This document shows, piece by piece, positions 9,342 to 20,169 of a stretch of 64,000 nt of DNA (position 1 is the first letter of the stretch; each line of letters begins with the position of its first letter). Where the stretch lies: assembly GCA_965215015.1 (NCBI GenBank), contig OZ244042.1, positions 1,888,001 to 1,952,000 on the forward strand. Reading direction: 5' to 3'. Source of the DNA: Candidatus Poribacteria bacterium (GTDB lineage: Bacteria; Poribacteria; WGA-4E; PCPOR2b). The notes under the pieces were generated by a model that saw nothing but the letters and a program-made list of their open reading frames with translations, did no database searches and was not told where the DNA came from. The position numbers and the translations under genes were made by a program.

Positions 9342-10847
9342 TTGCAATCCAAACTTCAAGAGCTCAAAACACTCTTAATGGAGGTTAACGATTTAGGGGC
9401 AGCAGCTTCGATCCTCCACTGGGACCAGACCACCTACATGCCGCCGGGCGGTGCAGCTGCACGGGGACGTCAACTGGCAACGCTAAGTCGCCTCGCACAC
9501 GAAAAATTTACCGATCCAAAAATTGGAAAACTCCTTAATAATTTACAATCTCACGAAGAGAGTTTACCATACGACTCCGACGATGCCAGCTTGATTCGTG
9601 TCACACGACGTGAATACGAGAAAGCCACAAAAGTACCCCCTGCGTTCATGGCAGAACTCCAGAACCACGCAGCCGAATCGTATCAGGTCTGGACAAAAGC
9701 GCGACCAGAAAACGACTTCGCTACTATGCAACCTTACCTCGAAAAAACGCTAGACCTGAGCCGACAACTCGCCGATTTCTTTCCCAGCTATGAGCACATT
9801 GCTGATCCCCTGATTGACTTTGCCGACCAAGGCATGAAAGCTTCGATCATTCGTCCACTTTTTTCCAAACTCCGCGAACAGCTCGTGCCGATTATAGGTG
9901 CCATCACCGCCCAACCGACCGCTGACGACAGGTGTCTACGCCAAACCTTCCCGGAGGCGCAGCAACTTGAATTCGCCGACGATGTCATCAAACGCTTCGG
10001 CTATGACTTTGAGCGTGGACGCCGCGACAAAACCCACCATCCCTTTATGACAAAATTCTCGATTGGCGATGTCCGAATCACCATCCGTACCAAAGAAAAT
10101 GATTTGAGCGAAGGGCTGTTCAGCATGACGCATGAGGCAGGACATGCACTGTATGAACAGGGCACCTCCACAGACTTTGAAGGGCTTCCTCTCGACGGTG
10201 GAGCGTCATCAGGGGTTCATGAGAGCCAATCGCGGCTCTGGGAAAACGTCGTTGGACGAAGTCGGGGTTTCTGGAACTTTTTCTATCCTAAACTCCAATC
10301 AACCTTTCCGAACCAGCTGGGGCGTGTGCCGATAGATACCTTTTACCGTGCGATTAACAAAGTGGAACGATCACTTATCCGCACAGATGCCGACGAGGTG
10401 ACTTATAACCTCCATGTTATGCTTCGATTTGATTTCGAGCTCGATCTTCTTGAGGGAAAGCTTGGTGTGAAAGATCTCCCCGAAGCATGGCATGAGCGAT
10501 TTCAAGCGGATTTTGGCATTGTTCCGCCGGATGACCGAGATGGGGTGCTGCAGGATGTCCATTGGTATGGGGGCACAATTGGCGGTGGTTTTCAGGGCTA
10601 TACGTTGGGCAACATTCTGGGGGCGCAGTTCTTCGCGACCGCTTTAGAAGCACACCCTGAAATTACGAGGGAGATTGAGACGGGGGAATTTGGCACCCTA
10701 CACAATTGGCTTAAGGAAAATATCTATCAGCAGGGTAGTAAATACACTGCGCCTGAACTCATTGAGCGTGTTACCGGAGGGCCATTACGCATTGAACCGT
10801 ATATCCACTACCTACGCTCAAAGTACGGAACCTTGTATAGCCTATAG
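9342..10847 (+). CDS. Carboxypeptidase, M32 (Taq) family
   Basis: HEAGH zinc motif, HESQ, IRTDADE, DVHW, HPF. Confidence 0.93.
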   Translation: MQSKLQELKTLLMEVNDLGAAASILHWDQTTYMPPGGAAARGRQLATLSRLAHEKFTDPKIGKLLNNLQSHEESLPYDSDDASLIRVTRREYEKATKVPPAFMAELQNHAAESYQVWTKARPENDFATMQPYLEKTLDLSRQLADFFPSYEHIADPLIDFADQGMKASIIRPLFSKLREQLVPIIGAITAQPTADDRCLRQTFPEAQQLEFADDVIKRFGYDFERGRRDKTHHPFMTKFSIGDVRITIRTKENDLSEGLFSMTHEAGHALYEQGTSTDFEGLPLDGGASSGVHESQSRLWENVVGRSRGFWNFFYPKLQSTFPNQLGRVPIDTFYRAINKVERSLIRTDADEVTYNLHVMLRFDFELDLLEGKLGVKDLPEAWHERFQADFGIVPPDDRDGVLQDVHWYGGTIGGGFQGYTLGNILGAQFFATALEAHPEITREIETGEFGTLHNWLKENIYQQGSKYTAPELIERVTGGPLRIEPYIHYLRSKYGTLYSL

Positions 10848-11026
10848 TAACCCAAGCGACTAGTAATAGGCATATTGCATTGAATCCCAATCCATCGGGA
10901 CGGAGTTGCTGTAATCCGCACACATACCCGTAGGCCGGGCATCTTGCCCAACCCCACCGATTCGGCGGGGTTAATTCGTAGGGAACACAGATCTGCGTTC
11001 TCTTTCTTCTAATCAGCCGATGAACT

Positions 11027-11344
11027 TAGGAGTTACGCACTTCAGTTTGTATGACATTCAACCCACGTCCCGATAGACAATAAATCGCCCGCCAGTAGTC
11101 GGCATATGGCGTATGCCCTACCCCCTTCCCTCCGCTTGCGGGGGGGTAGGAGGTACGGCACGGCGGAGCGTGCCTGCTACTATCGGATTAACTGTCTCTG
11201 CCCGATTCATCGCCGAGGATACCACGACTGTTGCGCCACACGATTGGCTCAATCCGTCCGGATTATTGAGCGAGAGTCCGGGTGTTTTGTTGAGATATGA
11301 ATCTTGACCGCCAAGGCACCGAGAGGGGAACTGCGTAAGTCCTA
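11027..11344. mobile_element. MITE-like element, family B (TAGGAGTTACGCA ... TGCGTAAGTCCTA)
   Basis: Terminal inverted repeats, ATGAAC on both flanks, internal REP-like hairpins, no convincing coding capacity. Confidence 0.7.
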
Positions 11345-11500
11345 TGAACGGATGAACCCATTGAGATTCAATCGTTTAGAAGTTACCCTAACAGAACGCT
11401 CAGTGGCAGCGTGCATTATAATATTTGTGGAGCGCGTTTCAACCTGTCCCACAAAATGGGTGTATCTGGAAGCCCAAATAGTACGATGCAGGAGGACCCA

Positions 11501-12547
11501 ATGATAATCAAGACAGCAGACGAACTTCATGAATTGGTCAAGAACGCTCTATTCGCCGCAGGTGCCGACGAACAAAATGCGGAGGACGTGGCGGAACATT
11601 TGGTTTTAGCAAATCTCAGTGGTGTTGACACACATGGCATCTGGCATTTGCCGCGCTATGTGGATTCCGCTAAATCCGGTGAGATTGTGGCGACTGCCCA
11701 CCCTGAAATCCTAAACGAAACCGCCACAAGTGCCCAAGTTACAGGGAATTGGACCTTCGGTCAAGTCGCTGCCAAATATGCGATACAAGTCGCCATAACA
11801 AAGGCGAAAGAGAATGACATCGCCGTGGTTGGGCTCGTTCAAGCAGACCATATCGGAAGACTAGGGCACTATGTGGAGATGGCTGCATCTGAAAGGCTAA
11901 TCGCTATGGTCTGGGCGGGGGGATACTCTGAAGAAGAGCCGGCAACCGTTCCCTATGGTGGCAGGGAACGGGTTCTCCATACTAATCCATTAGCAATGGG
12001 TTTCCCGTCCGGCGATGCACCCCAAATGATGTTCGACTTTGCAACAGCAGCAGTTTCCGGCGTCAAAGTTCTCAACGCCCAGCGCAGAGGGGAGCCGTTA
12101 CCATCCAACTGTATTGTCGATAAAGATGGAAATCCCAGCACGGATGCGAACGATTTCGTTAATGGAGGCGGGCATGTCCCGTTTGGTGGCCACAAAGGTT
12201 ATGCCTTGATGATGGCGACAGAGTTCCTTGGGCGAATCTTCACAGGAGCGGATGCCTTTGTTGACCCAAAGCATGGTGGCCCGATTATGCGGCACCAAGG
12301 CGTAACAATGATTGCCTTCAAAGCGGACCTGTTCCAGCCCTTCTCGGATTATGCGAACCGAGCTGATGAAATGGGGCATCGAGTCAGAGGGGTTCCACCG
12401 GCCCCCGGCTTCGATGAGGTGCTTATGCCCGGCGATCCAGAAGTTCGGACACGCGCCAGCCGCCAACGCGATGGCATCCCTATTGCTGATGATATTTGGC
12501 AGTCTGTCACTGAAACAGCGACATCACTAGGGGTGGAGGTTCCCTAG
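11501..12547 (+). CDS. Ldh_2 family oxidoreductase (malate/L-lactate/ureidoglycolate dehydrogenase-like)
   Basis: GVDTHG, HIGRLG, TNPLA, GGHKGYAL and PGDPE motifs. AGGAGG RBS. Confidence 0.9.
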   Translation: MIIKTADELHELVKNALFAAGADEQNAEDVAEHLVLANLSGVDTHGIWHLPRYVDSAKSGEIVATAHPEILNETATSAQVTGNWTFGQVAAKYAIQVAITKAKENDIAVVGLVQADHIGRLGHYVEMAASERLIAMVWAGGYSEEEPATVPYGGRERVLHTNPLAMGFPSGDAPQMMFDFATAAVSGVKVLNAQRRGEPLPSNCIVDKDGNPSTDANDFVNGGGHVPFGGHKGYALMMATEFLGRIFTGADAFVDPKHGGPIMRHQGVTMIAFKADLFQPFSDYANRADEMGHRVRGVPPAPGFDEVLMPGDPEVRTRASRQRDGIPIADDIWQSVTETATSLGVEVP

Positions 12548-12585
12548 GTAATGCACTACGAAATTTACTTACCTTAAAAGAAAAG

Positions 12586-12865
12586 GGGATAAGTCGTTAC
12601 CGGCTTTTAATAAAACGCAAAGACGCCCCCCCTCAGGCCCCCGCAAGCAGGGGAAGGGGAACGCAAAGAAAAGAAAATGAGAAAATTAGAACACGAGAAA
12701 GCGACAGGACTGGCTTCCCACCTTCCCCTTCGTCAGGGAAAGGGGCGTTTCTTCGTTCTTCTCCCGATGAAACCGTGAATTCCCGATGCGGTAAGCATTC
12801 CCTTGGGAGGGCAACGGCATCGGGCCTTGCGCCTCCCTCTGCTTGCGGGGGGCCTGAGGGGGTAA
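12586..12865 (-). repeat. Dispersed repeat family D copy
   Basis: Reverse-complement similarity to 40715-40915, 41000-41150 and 58270-58403. Confidence 0.75.
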
Positions 12866-13028
12866 AGTACGGGAAAAGATAAGAAGATGAATCAAACCAC
12901 TAACACAGTAGGGCTCACTCTTTGTAAAGCATGACAACATCACATACTGAATCTTATACCGCTGATTACCTGCTACCGGCCCTGATTTTAATGGAAAGTT
13001 CTAAATTCTCAGGTAACTAGGAGGCAAC

Positions 13029-14108
13029 ATGAATAACGCTTCTCGTCTATTGCGCGTTGGTGTCGTCGGCTGCGGCTCTTTTGGACGCCACGCATACTCA
13101 AACAATGTGGTTGATCACCCAGACGCCTATTTAACTGCAGTGTGCGATGTTGATGCGGAACGCGCTGAAATAGTCGCTCGCGAACTGTTTGAGGAACACC
13201 CACAGAGGCCGCGCGCAGCAATCTATACGCACTATCAGGAAATGTTTGACCAAGAATCCCTTGATGTTGTCATGGTTGGAACGATGGCGGATGTCCGCCC
13301 GACCGTGACGATTGCCGCACTTAACAGCGGTGCCCATGTATTAGCAGCCAAGCCGATGGCCCCCTCACTGGTTGAGGCGGAAACGATGCTTCAAGCAGCA
13401 AAGCAGGCGGACAGGATGTTGATGGTTGGTTATAATTTCCGTTTCCGTAAGGACGCACAGGCCGTGCACAGCTTCATCCGTAGCGGCGGATTGGGAACGC
13501 CCCGCTTCGCACGCACTTGGATACACGCGGGCAGCGTACCAGTCTGGGGACCACACTACATCAAGGCCCAGTCCGGGGGTGGCTCACTCGCCAGCACCGG
13601 GGTGCATACACTGGATCTGGGCGTTTGGTTCCTCGGTTGTCCCCCTCTCCTGTCTGTAGAAGGTCGAGCGAGTGCACGTTTTGCCGACCTCTCCACGCTG
13701 CCCCCGGATTTGGAAGCGGTCCGAGATACCTACGATGTAGAGGATCTGGTAACAGGCTATGTCAGTTTTGCCCAGGATGTTACATTGTCGGTTGAGAGTA
13801 TGTGGCTGGCACCCCCGCAAATCGGGGATACCGGCGTTGATGTGTGGGGGACGGAGGGCTACGCTTCGCTGACGCCGTTTCGGTTGTTGACGTGGCAAGA
13901 TGGGGATTATGTAGATGTGACTGAGGAAGTAGCCCCCGGTATCGCCGGCACATTCCAAGATAACCCTAGGGTACGAACCCGCACCGAAGCACTTCATTTT
14001 ATCGACTGTGCACTTGGCAAAAAGTCACCGCTCATCACACCACAGGAGATGTGGACGGATCAGGCAATTGTTGAGGGCATATATGCCGGTGGACGCTCCT
14101 TTTCATGA
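13029..14108 (+). CDS. Gfo/Idh/MocA family oxidoreductase
   Basis: GVVGCGSFG, AKPMA, GYNFRF, GGGSL..GVH.LD. Confidence 0.9.
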   Translation: MNNASRLLRVGVVGCGSFGRHAYSNNVVDHPDAYLTAVCDVDAERAEIVARELFEEHPQRPRAAIYTHYQEMFDQESLDVVMVGTMADVRPTVTIAALNSGAHVLAAKPMAPSLVEAETMLQAAKQADRMLMVGYNFRFRKDAQAVHSFIRSGGLGTPRFARTWIHAGSVPVWGPHYIKAQSGGGSLASTGVHTLDLGVWFLGCPPLLSVEGRASARFADLSTLPPDLEAVRDTYDVEDLVTGYVSFAQDVTLSVESMWLAPPQIGDTGVDVWGTEGYASLTPFRLLTWQDGDYVDVTEEVAPGIAGTFQDNPRVRTRTEALHFIDCALGKKSPLITPQEMWTDQAIVEGIYAGGRSFS

Positions 14109-14383
14109 GCAGCATGGTTCATGTTAAGAAAGGGAAGATGGCTGCACTTGGATTATTATCATAATCGTAGGAGTCCTCTTTATCATCTTGGCTTCGCAGT
14201 GTTAAGAGTGGGTAAACGGTTGGATGTCCATATCCACCCAAACAAGAAAGGAAGGAGAGCAAAATGCAATGCCTTATCGAACGTTTTATGTCAGACCTGA
14301 CGGGATAATATACTCTTGGCGAACTCAAGGATATTAAAGTTACTTTAATCAACGTAAAAACGATAACCTGAAAGGAGATACTA

Positions 14384-14674
14384 ATGAATCAAATTGTTGG
14401 CACTTGGATTGGTCCTTCAAATGAAAGATACTGTTTTGATAATAGAGGAGTATACGCTCTAATGTACCCTCCCGAACTAGTGAAGAAAGCAGGGTATAGC
14501 ATCTGTGGAAACACGCTAACATTGGTAGCCACATATAGACCTGAGGATAAAGAGAAGATTACCCTCACCTTCAGTGACAACGGAAATAAGGTCAGGTTCG
14601 ACTGGATTGATTGTACCGAGAGGATCAAATATGGTGCCAAGAGCATCTGTCTTAGACGTGAACAAAAACATTAG
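14384..14674 (+). CDS. Small hypothetical beta-rich protein ('IVGTW' start)
   Basis: AAGGAG RBS, 96 aa. The stop codon TAG coincides with the left end of a family B element. Confidence 0.55.
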   Translation: MNQIVGTWIGPSNERYCFDNRGVYALMYPPELVKKAGYSICGNTLTLVATYRPEDKEKITLTFSDNGNKVRFDWIDCTERIKYGAKSICLRREQKH

Positions 14675-14831
14675 GACTGACGCTGTTGAACGCTCAAATC
14701 CGTGTCGAGCGGCGATAAATCGCCGCTCAACACCGTGCCCAATGCCCGATGAATCGGACAACTACAGCAGAGGTTCCATAAGGAATGTGGAGGGAACAAC
14801 AATCCTTGTTCCTTGAAATGCGTAAGTCCTA
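14672..14831. mobile_element. MITE-like element, family B
   Basis: TAGGACTGACGC ... TGCGTAAGTCCTA with internal GAGCGGCGATAAATCGCCGCTC and CCGATGAATCGG hairpins. Confidence 0.6.
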
Positions 14832-14864
14832 TTAGAGTAGGAATAATAGCACACTCTGTCAACC

Positions 14865-15983
14865 TCAACTGACCGCAAGGCGTATCCAGCGGATGTTGTA
14901 GACCTCATCCTCATAGCACCAAAACGCAACCAACACCTCGCCATTAGGCAGTAGCGCGAGGTTAGGACAGCCGAGCTTCAGCGAGCGCAGTTCTTCCGTA
15001 GCAGTCGCCTCCCCGAACATTCTCGTGAGTCTGTCTCCCTGCCACAAAACCTGTGGTTCATCGTGCTGCCATCCCTCTCCGTCAAGATGGACGATGGTGC
15101 CACACAAACCGGGTGGGTCAATGCCACGATAAACACAAACAACGCGCCCATCCGGCAACGCCAAAAGTTTACTGGTCTCTCCGCTCAAGCCTGTCGGACG
15201 CGGTGGAGTCGAAAACGCCTTGCCATCGTGACTGACAGCGTAGTTGACTGCTTTAGTCTTACCGCTACGCTCATCGAATGCCCAACCAACGGCGAGTAAA
15301 CGTTCATCTGCCAATTGTACAACCGACTGCTCAAAATGGACAATGCCGTTGGCGGAGTCATCGAGGATGTCAATATACGTTGGCCAGGTCCTGCCCTGGT
15401 CGGCAGAAACCATTGCAATAGCCTTCAAGCCATTGGGGGCCCCACCGTCCCAACACCGCAGGCACGACAGCGGAGCCAGCCATTGACCGTTCGCTAATTC
15501 AACAATGGTGTGACAGACTTCAAAGGGTTGCCCTACCAGAGGCGGTGCAATGTACTGGAGTTGTTGCCATGTCCAGCCGTCATCTGGGCTCTGCGCTAGC
15601 ATCAAATTCATCTCAACTAAGCCCATCGTGTCCGGATTCCATATGCCTTGTTCGGGATTGTCTCGATAAAAGAGGGCGGTGAGTGCAACTAGTTTGCCAT
15701 CTGACATTAGTCTGGGGCGCGCGATGTGCGTCGTGCGCCGTGTCGGATGCCGGAGAAAATAATCAAGGAACATCGGCGAAGGCGCGTCCCAAGTCTGGCC
15801 ACCATCATAGCTGCGGCTGATATAAGTACGGTAATCCAAACTCTCGACTGCTTCACCAATGTCAAACGCGGCAATTAATTCGTTTCGGCTGATGACCACC
15901 AATGTCGGGTGCCACGCATGTCGGGCACGAAGATGGGGCTGAGGGTTGCGGTAGATGTGACCAGTGCCACGAATCTCAATCAT
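14865..15983 (-). CDS. BNR/Asp-box sialidase-family protein
   Basis: Asp-boxes SYDGGQTW, SPDDGWTW, SADQGRTW, SHDGKAF. Confidence 0.85.
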   Translation of the reverse strand: MIEIRGTGHIYRNPQPHLRARHAWHPTLVVISRNELIAAFDIGEAVESLDYRTYISRSYDGGQTWDAPSPMFLDYFLRHPTRRTTHIARPRLMSDGKLVALTALFYRDNPEQGIWNPDTMGLVEMNLMLAQSPDDGWTWQQLQYIAPPLVGQPFEVCHTIVELANGQWLAPLSCLRCWDGGAPNGLKAIAMVSADQGRTWPTYIDILDDSANGIVHFEQSVVQLADERLLAVGWAFDERSGKTKAVNYAVSHDGKAFSTPPRPTGLSGETSKLLALPDGRVVCVYRGIDPPGLCGTIVHLDGEGWQHDEPQVLWQGDRLTRMFGEATATEELRSLKLGCPNLALLPNGEVLVAFWCYEDEVYNIRWIRLAVS

Positions 15984-16042
15984 CGATTGTTCACTCCTAT
16001 TTGTTCAGTGATCTGAGTCCCTGACGATAGGTTAGAATCGTC

Positions 16043-17704
16043 TTAAATTAATCCCTTATTTTTTAGATACATCATCAGATTCTTCATTTCCCGGATGACT
16101 TTATCCTCCCTTGTGACCATCATGTTAAACAGGGTGCGCGGCGGGATGCTCCTCTGCCTCGCTGTGCCCCTAGAGGTCTTAGAGATAAAATCTCCGTAAC
16201 GTTCAGGTGCAATTCCCATATATTTGATTGAGAGATAATATTCCGAGGGTTGTCTTGTCACCCTGTCCTCAAGGATATTGCCGGTTTTCCTCCTACCGTA
16301 ACTGACGGTATAGCATCTGCCACTTGCTTTGTTGATAATTGTATATCCCGCCTCATCAATGGACTCATTCCAGCATTTCTCAAATCCATGTGTTGGCATG
16401 CGCTCCCTCAATTCCTGCGCCGACCGCATAACGACCCGTTCACGAACCGGGGCTCTTGTGATGAGCAGATCCGCCTCTTTGACCCTTTGCGGAACTGGTC
16501 CCTGCATCAGATAAACGTTATCCAAAGTATACACCACACCGCTGTTGAGGCCTTTTGCAAGGTTAAGATGTCTTTCAACAATATCCTTATTGAGAGGATG
16601 AAGCTGGTATTGACCATTTGAGTTAAAAACACGCCGCAATTCCCTGCGGCATTCAATGTCTGCATAACGGTCTTTTGGAATGGACGTTTCCACTTTTAGA
16701 TCGTAGTCTACAAACAGGTCATTTGTTGCATTGATTCGCGTTTCCTGCGTGTTTGCTAAGAGGGTTAAACCGGTCTGACTTTTGGACAGGACTCGACCGA
16801 TGAGGTTATCCTGTCGTAACATGCGTATCTTTTGAGAGATCAGATCAAGCGTAGGGGCGTCCATATCCTCAATCATAATTTTATGTTCCCAGCGTGTGCC
16901 TCTTTCATGGGCAAGGATTTGGAGTTGTTGCATCTGACCATTCGAGTGGATATATCCCAATACCGTCCACGGATCAAAAGTGGTGCGGTACCCTGCCGCC
17001 GCTTTGGAAATATCACTTGCTAGCACACAGTCTCGCCTTTCATATCGTGAATAGATGCCAAACTGAAATTCCAACTGATTGAACGGTTCTAACGCCTCTA
17101 GGAGATCCGTGGCGAACGCTGAACCTTGGGGAAAGGCTTCAAAGATGGATCGAGTTTGTGCAGGATAGTTTAGGGCGTCGAGGAATTTTCCGATTGGAAT
17201 CCCCTGTATATTATCACTCTCGCCACCAAAAACCTTGGTTTTGGTCTTAAAAGGGGGATTCCGTAAAAACAGATCGCGTTGAGAGACTAGTTGTAATGCC
17301 GGGTCATCTGACACGCCTTTGAGGGTGGGAGCATCTCCGAAAACTTCTTCTTGAATCGTATTATCTACGTTTTCAGTTGATTCGATACCGCGTTTGACTT
17401 CGGCAAAATCGACGATGTCACTTAAGTTGTAACGGAGGGGCGCACTTGAAGCTTGGTTATCATAGTTAAATCGGCGAAATCGTATCCTTGGCTTAATCCG
17501 AAAAACAGGGATGAGACCGTAATCTTTCAATAACGCATACAGGGTGACTGTATAGGATTCGGCATGTATTTTTCGCTCTAAAATCCCGTTGTGTGTGGAA
17601 CTTCCTTTGCCTAAACCGTCTTCTCGAATTAAGTGTTCTTGGATGGGATCGCTGTCATTGCCAAAAATCATCATTCGGTGCTCTTCTCTGCTATCGTCTA
17701 CCAT
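16043..17704 (-). CDS. Hypothetical protein with VTC/CYTH (triphosphate tunnel)-like domain(s)
   Basis: 553-aa ORF with GGGAGGG RBS. Ordered motifs REEHR, VTLY, KPRIRFRRFNY, FAEVK, YERR, RTTFD, WEHK, LSK resemble the VTC domain. Confidence 0.6.
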   Translation of the reverse strand: MVDDSREEHRMMIFGNDSDPIQEHLIREDGLGKGSSTHNGILERKIHAESYTVTLYALLKDYGLIPVFRIKPRIRFRRFNYDNQASSAPLRYNLSDIVDFAEVKRGIESTENVDNTIQEEVFGDAPTLKGVSDDPALQLVSQRDLFLRNPPFKTKTKVFGGESDNIQGIPIGKFLDALNYPAQTRSIFEAFPQGSAFATDLLEALEPFNQLEFQFGIYSRYERRDCVLASDISKAAAGYRTTFDPWTVLGYIHSNGQMQQLQILAHERGTRWEHKIMIEDMDAPTLDLISQKIRMLRQDNLIGRVLSKSQTGLTLLANTQETRINATNDLFVDYDLKVETSIPKDRYADIECRRELRRVFNSNGQYQLHPLNKDIVERHLNLAKGLNSGVVYTLDNVYLMQGPVPQRVKEADLLITRAPVRERVVMRSAQELRERMPTHGFEKCWNESIDEAGYTIINKASGRCYTVSYGRRKTGNILEDRVTRQPSEYYLSIKYMGIAPERYGDFISKTSRGTARQRSIPPRTLFNMMVTREDKVIREMKNLMMYLKNKGLI

Positions 17705-17807
17705 TTATAGTCCCTCCCCTATTGAAGTAATCCGAGACATAATTGGAATTGAAATTATACCATGAACTGATGACAGAATAAGAAAAAAATTAAATATTCA
17801 AATCTCT

Positions 17808-18077
17808 TAGGAGTTACGCAGTTGAGTTTGTCATAACACAATCTATCGCGCCTCTTTAAGATAGTAGGCATACTCCGCGTGCTGCACAAAGATTACTGCT
17901 TACTACTTTGGGATGAACTGTCGCCGCCCGATTCCTCGGGTGTTAAGAGGTCTGTTCACCGGCGATGAATCACCGAGTATACCATGACTCTAGCGCACGA
18001 GTCATGGCTCAACCCACTATGACCATTGCACTCCCTTTTATGGTATTAACTCCGAGGGGACAACGGCGTAAGTCCTA
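17808..18077. mobile_element. MITE-like element, family B
   Basis: TAGGAGTTACGCA ... GCGTAAGTCCTA. ATCTCTT directly repeated on both sides of the AGG/CCT ends (target duplication). Confidence 0.75.
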
Positions 18078-18096
18078 TCTCTTTTACCACGATGCA

Positions 18097-19536
18097 CTAG
18101 TCGAATACCTCTACTTGTGGGGTATAGGACATATCTTCATCAAGTGGGTAAATCGGTCGCCGAACGAATTTGTGACCCAACGTCTTAATATTGGGACTTG
18201 CTGCGCCCGGGACATCAATAGTCATGTTGCGGACAGCCCACTCGTCATAGAATTCATAGGGTGTATGCGGCAGCTTCTGGATAATAACATCAAACGTCTT
18301 TGGATCCTGACCAACAGCGGGATACAGCCACCGATCACACAGTATGCCGCCTTGGGGAGCGGCAACGATAGAGATGTTGCCTGTCCTAAGAACGGCTATA
18401 GGTACACTGTCTCTTATAGCGAGGGCTTCCACTGTGACCTCTACATCTATCGGGGTAAAACGGGGGTCTCTCGTGCCGCCGAGCGGTACAGCGATGCTAC
18501 TACCTAAACCCGCCTCCATAGCTTTCTCAACCGCCGGTTCATCTCGGATAGGAAAAAGCACCCGGCCCGTGTAGTCGCTCTCCAAAAACCCTTTTAAGAT
18601 CGCATTGCTGGTTCCCGGTGCCCCAGAGCTTGTGGCATCAGCAGCGTCTGAAAAGACAACCGCTCCGTCCGCTTTCTTCGCATTTTCGATCGCCTGCTCC
18701 ACACTGTACAGGACACACTGCATCCGTTCGCGCATATCCCAAAAGTTCTGACCGATTCGCATCGCTTCCCGTTCAGCCAATTTCCTGTTATTATCGGTGA
18801 CAACAATGATTCGAGATCCCTGCTCCGGGCAGTCCGTAGGTGGGTGCCCCAGCATGATGCCCGCTGCCAAGACATCGTCCCGTTCTTCGAGCCGTTCAAG
18901 GTGCCGGATAAATGTGCCATGTACGCCGGTCGCGGTCTTGAGTTCGTCACCGCGTACCATGGTGGGTGTATACACACTGCCGATAATCGGCTTCGCACCG
19001 TCAAGGATACTCAGTAGCATTGTGGCTGTCCGTTCGCCCAACTGATACCAGTCAATGTGCGGATAGGTGTGCAGAATGGCGGCACCGTCAATAAGCCCCA
19101 ACATGCGTCGAGTGACAGTGCCGTGCATGTCAAGAGAAATGACGATGGGGACATCCGGTCCCAAGATTTTACGGGTTTCTTGAAGGATATAGCCCTCTGG
19201 GTCCTTCTCTACTTCGGCGGCCATTGCCCCGTGCATAGCGAAAAACAGCGCGTCTGCGCCAGTACTGTTTTTCTCAATCGTTTCCAAGCACTCTCCAGTG
19301 ATTCGCTCAAAACATTCGTGAGTGATTGTGCCACCCGCACCCATACTAGCTCCATAAGTCGGCACAACTTCCAAGCCGGACCGTTGAGAAAAAATATTCA
19401 GCGCACCGTTGATATCCGCACGACCGGCATCAAATAAATCCCGGCCGAAGTGGACACTAAAATCCTCATACGTGGTAGGATTGGGGTGGAACGAATTGGT
19501 TTCTTGGAAGTAATTGGCAACGATAATTTTAGGCAT
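18097..19536 (-). CDS. M81 family metallopeptidase (MlrC-like)
   Basis: QETNSF, MHGAM, DPEG, LDMH, TYPHID motifs. Confidence 0.9.
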   Translation of the reverse strand: MPKIIVANYFQETNSFHPNPTTYEDFSVHFGRDLFDAGRADINGALNIFSQRSGLEVVPTYGASMGAGGTITHECFERITGECLETIEKNSTGADALFFAMHGAMAAEVEKDPEGYILQETRKILGPDVPIVISLDMHGTVTRRMLGLIDGAAILHTYPHIDWYQLGERTATMLLSILDGAKPIIGSVYTPTMVRGDELKTATGVHGTFIRHLERLEERDDVLAAGIMLGHPPTDCPEQGSRIIVVTDNNRKLAEREAMRIGQNFWDMRERMQCVLYSVEQAIENAKKADGAVVFSDAADATSSGAPGTSNAILKGFLESDYTGRVLFPIRDEPAVEKAMEAGLGSSIAVPLGGTRDPRFTPIDVEVTVEALAIRDSVPIAVLRTGNISIVAAPQGGILCDRWLYPAVGQDPKTFDVIIQKLPHTPYEFYDEWAVRNMTIDVPGAASPNIKTLGHKFVRRPIYPLDEDMSYTPQVEVFD

Positions 19537-19652
19537 GACATTCCTTTTTGGTTAAACAGTGACTTTATCCCTTACGTCAATATATCCGAATTCTGTTGTC
19601 TCCAAGGGTTCTTTTCTTCAAAGAAGGAAGTTCAACATCCACTCCACATATT

Positions 19653-19891
19653 TGAGGGGTGCTCATCAATATTGTCTGAAGCGCGGATTCAGCAGATGGC
19701 GCAGATTGCACGGATACAGATAGGGGGCTCAGGCAGTAGATGAGGCAAGATGCCCTACCTATGGGGATGGAGATATTTTGTTTTTCCCCATTCGGCGTGC
19801 GAGTTTAGAGGGGTTAGCCAAGCCATAGGCGATAACGGTTATGTGGTTTACGGCACACGGATCGTGCCTACCCCTTTATGAGCACCTATCA
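19653..19891 (+). mobile_element. MITE family A copy 1 (about 240 bp)
   Basis: TGAGGGGTGCTCAT ... ATGAGCACCTATCA ends. Body similar to the copies at 27659, 33388 and 35693. Confidence 0.8.
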
Positions 19892-20169
19892 AATAACTTT
19901 CGATTAACGGGAGGGAAGCCAAACTCATGACCCTCATAGATTTTATCAATTGTTCTGCCGGGTAGATGATAAACTGACAAAACACGACAAAAACCAAAAA
20001 CATACACAAGCCAATCTCTATCCTTCTGAAGTCGTTACTCTAGTGTTTCGCGCCTTCTGTTTGACTGCCACCCTTTTCTATCAATTAAAGGACGCGTGCG
20101 CGTAAATCTGCTGAATGTGCCATAATCTTAACAGGATAGCATACCTTGGAAAAATAGTCTATTTATTTC

